This document shows, piece after piece, positions 9,591-17,430 of a stretch of 64,000 nt of DNA. The stretch's first letter is position 1. Each line of letters begins with the position of its first letter. This DNA comes from an uncultured Chloroflexia bacterium (GTDB lineage Bacteria; Chloroflexota; Anaerolineae; JAAYZQ01). The DNA is taken from contig CAVOXA010000010.1 in NCBI GenBank assembly GCA_963700285.1, positions 2,080,001-2,144,000 of the forward strand, in the 5' to 3' direction. The notes under the pieces are model-generated. The model was not told the origin of the DNA. It was given only the letters and a program-made list of their open reading frames with translations, and ran no database searches. The translations under genes were made by a program, and so were the position numbers.

Positions 9591-10970
9591 GCAGAGTTTG
9601 GCCCAAAGAGGTTTGCCGTCCGGGGATTCTCGGAATCGGACATCGAACTCTACGACGTGTCGCAACCAGCTACGGCCAGCCAGATCATTTCGACCACGGT
9701 CACGCCAGAGGGTGACACCTACTCCGTCGAGTTCCAGGCGACGGTCACACCCCCTCGGAAGTACCTGGCGCTCACAGAGGATCAACTCGGCAAGCCGGTG
9801 GACATTGCTGCGGGCAGGCCCTCGACCCTGAAATCCCCAACCAATGGCGCAGATTACGTGATCATTGCACACGCTGACTTTTTGGCAGATGCCAAAAAGC
9901 TAGCGACTCATCGTGAAAAATCTGGCTTCCGTGTCCTGGTTGTCGATGTGCAAGACATCTACGATGAGTTCAACTTTGGCATTTTCGAGCCTGAAGCGAT
10001 CCGGGGCTTTTTGAGCTATGCCTTTGCGCATTGGCAGCGTCCAGCACCCAGCTATGTGCTGCTGTTGGGTGATGGCACCCGGGATTTTCATGACAATCTG
10101 GGCATGGGCGAGACGAACTATGTCCCGCCCTACCTCGATCAGGTTGACCCTTGGCTGGGCGAGACGTCTAGCGACAACCGCTATGTGGCCGTGAGCGGCG
10201 ATGATGTACTGCCTGACATGCATATCGGACGATTGCCAGCTTCCAATCCAGCCGAAGCTGCCATGTTGGTAGCCAAGATCATTGGCTACGAAGAGGCGAG
10301 CCCCACTGGTGGTTGGGCCGAGCAGGCCACCTTTGTGGCTGACAACGCGGAGGGCATTGACGACTTTGCCGCGGCGTCTGACGTTATTGCCCAGTACCTG
10401 CCTGCCACGTACAAAGTGAAGCGTGTGTATTATGGCATCACAGAGCTTGACGCCAGCGATGCCACGGATGCCATCGTGCAATCCATCAACGAGGGAAGCT
10501 TGTTGGTGGACTATGTTGGGCACGGTGCGGTCCAGTATTGGGCTGCGGAACAGCTGCTCAAGCTTGCGGATATCGACCGCTTGACCAACAACACCAATCT
10601 GCCCTTGATGCTGCCCTGGACCTGCTACGACGGCTTGTTCGACTATCCGGGCTTTCCCTCGTTTGGAGAATCGATCGTTCGAGCTGAGGGCAGGGGGGCC
10701 GTAGCCAGTTGGTCGCCCTCTGGATTGGGATTGCCAGCGGGTCATCAGACTCTGGCGGCCAGCTTTTTTGAGGCTGTATTTGCTGACGGATTGCACACAC
10801 TTGGCCCGGCTATGACCCAAGCCAAGCTGTCCTTGTGGACCCAGGCGCCGGAGTTTGGAGATTTGGTGGACACCTATCTGCTGTTGGGTGATCCGGCTAC
10901 AAGGCTGCATGTAGCCAGACTCTACCGGACTTTTCTGCCGCTCGTAACCCGCGGATCCAAAGCCCCCTGA
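9591..10970 (+). pseudogene. Peptidase C25 (gingipain-like) protein, N-terminally truncated
   Basis: DYVIIAH, VDVQDIYDEFNFG, YVLLLGDG, PDMHIGRLP, YVGHG, WTC, YLLLGDP. The frame stays open upstream of the GTG at 9657 with no signal peptide or RBS; ends RTFLPLVTR. Confidence 0.8.
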
Positions 10971-11107
10971 CCTCCCAAGCAGATCGCGGGTCGAATACCT
11001 GGCCTGCATAGATCGCCGGCGCCTCTTAGCGGCCAAGCCCTTGTACCAGGTTGCTACGACCCTTGCTTCAAATCTACCCATTTCTAGTATTTACACCAGT
11101 CTTTCAC

Positions 11108-11206
11108 TTGCATTTTCTCCTATCTTGTAGTATAATGCAGTAATATATATGCGGTCGGGGAAAAGCATCCGGTAATATTGTGGTTTGCAATGATTTGTGG
11201 TATAAT
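11108..11206 (+). promoter_or_regulatory. Two tandem sigma70-type promoters in an AT-rich spacer
   Basis: TTGCAT-17-TATAAT (11108-11136) and TTGTGG-17-TATAAT with extended TG (11178-11206). Confidence 0.65.
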
Positions 11207-11255
11207 AGACTCAATACCATTTTCAGTCCGGTGAACCTGATGGAGGTGACTAGAA

Positions 11256-12662
11256 ATGAGTACAAGACGCGTAAGTATCCGGGGGAAAGGTGCAGAGATC
11301 TTGTTCGGCGCCCCTCCAGCCGTCGAGATGCAGCCCCGAACGTCGGATCCATCCCTTACCGAAACGGAGTCGCTAGAGCTAGAATCCTCCACGCAGGGCC
11401 TCCCAAGTGGCCAGCAGACGGAAGATGCTCAGGTTCCCGTTTGGTCATCAGAGCCGCCATACCTGCCCGACATAGTTCTGGAACAGGCACTTTTCGGAGA
11501 GGCAATGAACGGCGCTCCGGTTCCAGAGGGAGCGGGTGAGGCGCTATCTGCGGAAGAGGCAGATCTGGCTCTAACACCGCAAATGGAGAGAGCATTTGTC
11601 GATGAGGCGATTGCGGCTCAGGAACCCCCGGAGCCGCTGGCTGAGGTACCGGTTCCTACACTGGAGGTAGAAATGGAAGACGATTGGACGAGGGAAGCGA
11701 TCCTTGACGAGTCGCCCCTGGGCGAGGCCAGCGACGCTACTTTGGGAGTACTGCCCCCCAGGCGAGATTCGTTGGCTGCGGGAGTGGGAGACGAAGAGGC
11801 TACGGCCAGGGACATTCAGGCTCCGGACGAGGCGGTGGGATGGTTGGAACTGCCCGAACGCGCATTGACCGAGGAGGAAAAGGAGCTGCTGCTGGCCAGG
11901 CTGGGCGCGGCACGCATCCGGGAGTTAAATGGGCAGATAGATGAGATGTACGATCAGGTACTGGCCGAGGTGGGGGTGAGTGAACAGATCTCGACCGAAT
12001 GCTATAACCTGCTTCTTAAATCCCGAGACATCCTTCTGCGCCGCGATGTAGCCAAGATTCCGCAAGCCGAGTACTATATCGAGCAGGTACGTGCCCGCCT
12101 GAAACGGGCCGACGAAAGCGAAAGCGGAGCCCGGAAAGCCCAGTGGTGGATTCTGGGTTGGGGGCTTCTCTGGTGTACCGCCTTCCTGGCATTGGTGCTC
12201 CTGTTCAACCAGGCATGGTTTCGAGCATTGGTTGCTCCTGCTGGCGACGGAAGCGCTCTGGTGAATGTCGCGGTCTTTTTGTCGGCAGCGGTCTGGGGGG
12301 GGATAGGCGGGGTGGTCGCCATCCTTTACAGCCTGTTCAAGCACGTGGGCCAGCGGGACTTTGATGATCAATACAGCATCTCCTACATCGGCAAGCCGTT
12401 TCTGGGCCTGATCCTGGGGGCGACAGTCTACATGGTTTTCAACCTACTCGTCCGCGCCCTTGGTATCTGGCCTGCCGGTATGGCAGGAACAACCGATTCC
12501 CTGGCTGTGGCACCAGGGGTCATCTACCTGGTGGCCTGGGCTTGCGGTTTCAAAGAGAACCGCATTTTTGACCTGGTAGATCGCGTAATGAAGCGTATGT
12601 TTTCCAGCAAGGGGGAGTCGGAATCTGTGTCAGCCGTGGACCCCACAGAGCCAAACGAATAG
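11256..12662 (+). CDS. Hypothetical membrane protein (acidic disordered N-region, helical domain, about 4 C-terminal TM helices)
   Basis: GGAGG RBS and 468-aa ORF; hydrophobic segments from WWILGWGLLW to IYLVAWACGF. Confidence 0.85.
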   Translation: MSTRRVSIRGKGAEILFGAPPAVEMQPRTSDPSLTETESLELESSTQGLPSGQQTEDAQVPVWSSEPPYLPDIVLEQALFGEAMNGAPVPEGAGEALSAEEADLALTPQMERAFVDEAIAAQEPPEPLAEVPVPTLEVEMEDDWTREAILDESPLGEASDATLGVLPPRRDSLAAGVGDEEATARDIQAPDEAVGWLELPERALTEEEKELLLARLGAARIRELNGQIDEMYDQVLAEVGVSEQISTECYNLLLKSRDILLRRDVAKIPQAEYYIEQVRARLKRADESESGARKAQWWILGWGLLWCTAFLALVLLFNQAWFRALVAPAGDGSALVNVAVFLSAAVWGGIGGVVAILYSLFKHVGQRDFDDQYSISYIGKPFLGLILGATVYMVFNLLVRALGIWPAGMAGTTDSLAVAPGVIYLVAWACGFKENRIFDLVDRVMKRMFSSKGESESVSAVDPTEPNE

Positions 12663-12835
12663 AGAGGAATGGGGTACCTGGGCAGACTGCTCCCTATTCG
12701 GTGCGGACAATTTCATCTACCGAATAGGGTGGAATGCGGGTGACAAGTTCTCCTGGCCCGATGGGTTGCGTCTCATCGTCAACGCGGACTTGGCCTGCCC
12801 AGCCAGAACACAGTATACCTCTGCCAAAAGCAGAG

Positions 12836-12863
12836 TTGCGTAATCTCTGAACTGTGGTATAAT
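12836..12863 (+). promoter_or_regulatory. tRNA promoter
   Basis: TTGCGT-16-TATAAT with extended TG, 12 nt before the tRNA. Confidence 0.7.
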
Positions 12864-12875
12864 AGGGCCCGTTCG

Positions 12876-12949
12876 GGGCGATTAGCTCAGATGGCTAGAG
12901 CGCCACGTTGACATCGTGGAGGTCACAAGTTCAAGTCTTGTATCGCCCA
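12876..12949 (+). tRNA. tRNA-Val (GAC), CCA not encoded
   Basis: Acceptor stem GGGCGAT/ATCGCCC-A, D arm TAGCTCAG, anticodon arm CCACG-TTGACAT-CGTGG, T loop GTTCAAGT. Confidence 0.97.
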
Positions 12950-13004
12950 CTGGTTCGCTCGCTGGCAATGCAGTGGCTGGCGAGTTTTTATTTTGGATAC
13001 CGTA

Positions 13005-13100
13005 TTGCCTCACGAGTAAATGTTACCCAAGCAGATTCGTTGCCTCACGGATAAATGCTACTGGAATGGCATCGTTGCCTCATTAAAGATTGTTACCAAG
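13005..13100 (+). repeat. Three degenerate direct repeats with exact 35-bp period
   Basis: TTGCCTCA at 13005, 13040 and 13075, each followed at the same offset by TGTTAC/TGCTAC. Confidence 0.8.
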
Positions 13101-13102
13101 AA

Positions 13103-14601
13103 CTCGCATTTAGATAAACGGTGACACACTGGACACCATCCAGTGCCAGTCCAGTACGTTAACAATCGAGTTTCGAACCGTAGACGGGCGAGTTAGCGCT
13201 TCTTTTTGGCCTTCTTGTTGGTCTTTTTGATCACTCGCTGACGCTCTCGCCGGGTTCGTGGTCGCCCTTTCGGCCAACCGGGCGACTTTCCGCGAGCTTT
13301 GGGCGGTCGGGTCGGCGTGTCAATCTGGCTGAAAAGACCTCCCAGCCCCTGAAGAACGCGCTCTGGTGTCGGTTTCTCCTGCGCTCGCTGCCAGGGAAGA
13401 GGCCGATCTACGATCAACTCTCGAACCAGAAACAACTGACACTGAGCAAGCCTGACCAACAGGGTCCACCGGTCGCAGGCGTCCGCATCCTGAAAACAAC
13501 GCAATGTCCACGCCAAGTACTGTTTGCGAAACCGGGTACCGGGCTCCACTGGCCAACGATGTTGGTAGCCATGCCAAAGGTTGACCAGCGGTTGTTCGCC
13601 CGGTTGGTGGCTGGTAGGCCAACCAAAAAGGCTTGGCTGGTACCTCGCGTTCCCGGGGTGCTTCCACCAGCAGGACGCTGAACACGGTGTTCGCATCCTG
13701 ACGAGCGTGAAGACCATCCCAACGCCGCAGACGCACCGTACCCCACTTCTCATCTTCCACTGCCACAGTCTCTTGGGGCTCATCCCAAGTCTCTGGCTCC
13801 TTGAAGGCGAACCGTTCACCGTGAACCCGCGGACGACCCTTGCCACTATACTCGCCGGGGGTCTGGTGCAGCACCTGATCACAACGCATTCGGGCCAAGA
13901 CGCCACAAGGCTCCTCTTTCAACGGACCGAGGAAAGAGTGGTTGCCATACTTGCCATCGGCTACGATGAGATGAAACGTCTGGAGCATCTCGGCCCACCG
14001 GTCACGACACAACTGCTTCACCTGCTCCACGCCTACCTCGACATCCGTCTTCTGGCTCAGAACTCGTCGGATTGACAGCGGTGGTGCCCAACTGGTGTTT
14101 CGCTCCGGTGCCCAGGCTAATACCGAATAAGGGTGTCCCACAACAACCGGTGAACCGAGGCCCGTGTCAGAGGCGCTATAGACGTACTGCCGGTCGGGCA
14201 GGGTTCGCGCGGCAGTGTGAGACCAGGCTGTGCTATCTAACGAAAACACTAGACAGCCGTCTGGTGGCAGAAGTTGAGTGAGATAGCACTCCAACCGCTC
14301 CCGGTCTTGACGTCCATCCTCAACGGCGGTATAGGCACTGTGCCACTCACGCCGAAAGGTGGGAGAACGGCTCAACTCGGGAAAGGTATGGATGGGCGCG
14401 CTGAGAAGCAAGGCATCTACCAACTCGAACTGCGCATCTCGGGCCCGAGTGAGCACATGATCGTAGACGGTTTGACGAAACTCGATTAGGTTGCTAAACT
14501 GTTGCATGGTAGAAACCTCTTGGTTGGGATGCCACAAGTTTCTACCATGGGGCGGTTTTGCGCAAGTCGCAGACCGCCCCGATCATTTATCTAAACTCGA
14601 G
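13103..14601 (-). mobile_element. IS element (DDE_5/IS701-like) bounded by imperfect terminal inverted repeats
   Basis: Left CTCGCATTTAGATAAA (13103) versus reverse complement of right end CTCGAGTTTAGATAAA (14586-14601), 14/16 match; no clear target duplication. Confidence 0.8.
13193..14507 (-). pseudogene. DDE transposase, frameshifted near 13600
   Basis: FRQTVY..RARDAQFELVDALL, SLDSTAW..ARTLPDR, IVADGKYG; second frame RWPVEPGTRFRKQ..PKARGKSPGWPKG. Confidence 0.85.
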
Positions 14602-14621
14602 CAATGAGTCAAATCGGTGGG

Positions 14622-14650
14622 TTGACAAATCAGCACAAACGCGGTATACT
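14622..14650 (+). promoter_or_regulatory. Near-consensus sigma70 promoter
   Basis: TTGACA-17-TATACT, about 150 nt upstream of the SWIM gene. Confidence 0.8.
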
Positions 14651-14803
14651 GGACTTAATAACCAGGGGAGAAGGCAGTTTGCCAGACTCTAAATCCCGCG
14701 TGGTCAATAGAGGAAATATCGAACGCCAGGGCCTGAGCGTGCTCTGGCGTTTGCGCATTCTTGGTTCAGGACGGCAAGCCAAATCATCTGAGGGGAGGGT
14801 ACA

Positions 14804-15073
14804 ATGGATTCAGGCATGATCGGCAAGATTGAGAAGGCCAAGCGCTACGCTGAAGAACCGGAACGGATCCGTTTTGAGCAGTTTCGGGTCACGATCCAGG
14901 GCACAAACTCCCAGCACGAGGTCTCCTACGACCAGGGTAACTGGCATTGCGGCTGCAATTTCTTTGCGACCCGGGGGGTATGCAGCCACACGATGGCCTT
15001 GGAACGGCTCTTGGGCGTGTCGCTTCCACCGGAAGCGATGGCTGAGGCTGAACCGGCCATGGCCATGGCCTAG
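14804..15073 (+). CDS. Small SWIM zinc-finger protein
   Basis: WHCGCNFFATRGVCSH (CxC..CxH) preceded by beta strands; GGGGAGG RBS. Confidence 0.85.
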   Translation: MDSGMIGKIEKAKRYAEEPERIRFEQFRVTIQGTNSQHEVSYDQGNWHCGCNFFATRGVCSHTMALERLLGVSLPPEAMAEAEPAMAMA

Positions 15074-15089
15074 CACAACCAGTTTTCCT

Positions 15090-15123
15090 GCGGGGGATGG
15101 GCGGCTGCCCGTCCCCCGCTTTC
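15090..15123 (+). terminator. Intrinsic terminator between convergent SWIM gene and mtaB
   Basis: GCGGGGGATGGGC-ggct-GCCCGTCCCCCGC followed by TTT. Confidence 0.7.
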
Positions 15124-16403
15124 TAGAGTTCGAGCTGGCCCCTCAGGCCGTTCTCCGTCAGAGCAACAAGCCTGGTATCGGTTTCCTGATTTGACAGGTC
15201 AGCGGCGCTGACCGTTTGTACCCGTAGATAGTTGTCCGTTAGCCCACTCCACACAGGCCCCGGATCCCCTGCTTTTGATGACTCCCATAGCACCTTCATC
15301 GTTTGGCCGACAAACTGCTGGCGGAAAGCCCGGTCCGAGGCGGAAGCGGCAGCGTGCATGGCCCTGGCCCGCCGGCGCTTGACCTGCGCCGGCACCTGAT
15401 CGCGCATCCCCGCCGCCGGCGTCCCAGGACGAAGAGAGTAGGGGAAAACGTGTGTCCGGGCGAATTCCATATCCCGTGCAAATGCCAGGCTCTCGGCAAA
15501 CTCGTCATCGGTCTCACCTGGGAATCCGACGATCACATCGGTCGTCAGCGCCAACCCCGGGATGGCCGCCCGCGCGGCCTCCACGACTGCCGCGAAATCG
15601 TTTTTCCCGCAGCGACGCGCCATGCGCCGCAATACCGCGTCGGAACCACTCTGCAGAGGCAAGTGGAGGTGACGGCAGAGCCTGGCATCCTCCCAAAGGG
15701 AGAAGGTCCACCGCGGCAGGTCCCAGGGTTCGATGGAGGACAGGCGCAGGCGAGGTACGCCTGTTTCGGACAGGATGCGTGCCACCAAGCTCCACAGATC
15801 GACAACCGGCTCACCACCGCTCCCGTCACGCCCGTAGGCGCCGATGTGTACCCCTGTGAGCACAACCTCCCGGTAACCAGCATCCAGCCGGGCTTGCACC
15901 TCAGCCAGTATCTGATGCGGCGGGTGGCTGCGCTGCGGACCGCGGGCTATGTGGATGATGCAGTAAGTGCAGGCATTGTCGCAGCCATCCTGGATCTTGA
16001 CCAGCGTGCGCGTGCGCGAAGGAGGGTTTTGGGTATCGGATTGTGGGATGCTGGATCCGAGTTTCGGCTTGGCCGCAGTGATCAGACTGGCTAACCGGTC
16101 TTTGTCTTGGTTACCTGCGACGAACTCGACGCCGGGCAGATCCTGGAGATCAGCGGGCGCTAGCTCGGCGTAACAACCGGTGACAACCAAACGGGCGTCT
16201 GGATTCTCTCGGTGCATACGGCGCAGTGCTTGGCGCGTTTTCTGGGCCGCCACCTGAGTCACGGCGCAGGTGTTCAAAACGCACAGGTCAGCCTCCACCG
16301 GCGCACCGACGACCTGGTGCCCGGCCCTGCTCAACTGGCCGGCCAGAGCATCCATCTCGCTTTGGTTCAGTTTGCAGCCCAAGCTGCTGACATAGATCTG
16401 CAT
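15123..16403 (-). CDS. mtaB: tRNA t6A37 methylthiotransferase MtaB
   Basis: LGCKLNQSE, NTCAVT, VTGCYA; radical SAM KIQDGCDNACTYCII; GLTDNYLRV. Confidence 0.93.
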   Translation of the reverse strand: MQIYVSSLGCKLNQSEMDALAGQLSRAGHQVVGAPVEADLCVLNTCAVTQVAAQKTRQALRRMHRENPDARLVVTGCYAELAPADLQDLPGVEFVAGNQDKDRLASLITAAKPKLGSSIPQSDTQNPPSRTRTLVKIQDGCDNACTYCIIHIARGPQRSHPPHQILAEVQARLDAGYREVVLTGVHIGAYGRDGSGGEPVVDLWSLVARILSETGVPRLRLSSIEPWDLPRWTFSLWEDARLCRHLHLPLQSGSDAVLRRMARRCGKNDFAAVVEAARAAIPGLALTTDVIVGFPGETDDEFAESLAFARDMEFARTHVFPYSLRPGTPAAGMRDQVPAQVKRRRARAMHAAASASDRAFRQQFVGQTMKVLWESSKAGDPGPVWSGLTDNYLRVQTVSAADLSNQETDTRLVALTENGLRGQLEL

Positions 16404-16527
16404 GTTTTCCTCGCACTGGATTGTACCACAGAGGGCACCTCAAGTAAAGGGTTTTGGCGGAATTGGCACGCGCACTGATAAGATGGTATAATCCAACGAT
16501 ACTGCACGGCTTTAAGGGACAGCGAGA

Positions 16528-17370
16528 GTGATGGCAGAACCCGCCTGGAAGCGCTACCTGACCGACTATAACGAAGGCCTGGGCTTGGTCTACGAGCGCT
16601 TTGTGCTCAACGATTTCCTGCTGGCCTTGCGGGAGGAACACGAGGTCGAGACGGTACTCGAAGCGCCGCTATTCGGCATGGCCGGCGTCTCGGGCATCAA
16701 CAGCGTGGCTCTCGCCCAGGCAGGCGCCCGTGTCACCCTGGTCGATGATCATGATGAGCGGTTGGCCGCCGTGGAACGGATCTGGGGTGAGTTGGGTCTG
16801 GAAGCGCAGTTCGTTCACCATTCACTGGGGAGCCTGCTACCTTTCCCTGACGGTACCTTTGACCTGACCTGGAACTGGGCCGCGCTGTGGTACCTGGAGG
16901 ATCCGGAAACCCTGTTGCGCGAGTTGGTCCGCACGTCAAAGCGCGTCGTCTTTGTGGCCATGCCCAACCGCGTCCAGGTGGGCTATCTCCTGCGCAAGTA
17001 CCTGCTTGAGCGCGACTTTGTGAAGCAGGTTGATGAGAGCTGGGCCGACATCGGTCGCATTCGCCGTGTGCTGGAGGGCGCCGGTCTGCGCATCGTGCGC
17101 CAGGGGGTGCTGGATGTCCCCCCCTGGCCCGACACGGTCATGCCTGCTTCGGAGGTACTGCAGCGGTTGGGCATCAAATCAAAGGTACTGGAAGGGCAGT
17201 TCAGCGGTGATAGTTGGCAGTGGAGCACCATGGCCTACTATCTGGACCAGGAGCCGGACCTCTATGACCGGGTGATGCGCTACGCTTGGCTTGACCAGGC
17301 CAGGATTCCCTGGCGGGTAAAGGCGGTATGGGCCCACCACCGCTACCTTGTAGGAGTGACAGAGTTCTAG
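16528..17370 (+). CDS. Class I SAM-dependent methyltransferase-like protein
   Basis: LPFPDGTFDLTW..LWYLEDPETLLRELVRTSK (Methyltransf_11-like); motif I is atypical. Confidence 0.75.
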   Translation: MMAEPAWKRYLTDYNEGLGLVYERFVLNDFLLALREEHEVETVLEAPLFGMAGVSGINSVALAQAGARVTLVDDHDERLAAVERIWGELGLEAQFVHHSLGSLLPFPDGTFDLTWNWAALWYLEDPETLLRELVRTSKRVVFVAMPNRVQVGYLLRKYLLERDFVKQVDESWADIGRIRRVLEGAGLRIVRQGVLDVPPWPDTVMPASEVLQRLGIKSKVLEGQFSGDSWQWSTMAYYLDQEPDLYDRVMRYAWLDQARIPWRVKAVWAHHRYLVGVTEF

Positions 17371-17430
17371 GGGAGCCAGGGGGGCGGCAACCAGGCTGGC
17401 TCTTTGTCCCCTCTCCCCCTCTTATCAGCC

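Noticed and set aside
8433-11081. Long antisense ORFs (8433-9872, 9900-11081 and many similar elsewhere)
   Set aside because: Shadow frames opposite well-supported genes, as expected in GC-rich DNA.
13005-13100. 35-bp repeats as a CRISPR array
   Set aside because: The period is too short for repeat plus spacer, the conserved boxes are only 6-8 nt, and there are no cas genes.
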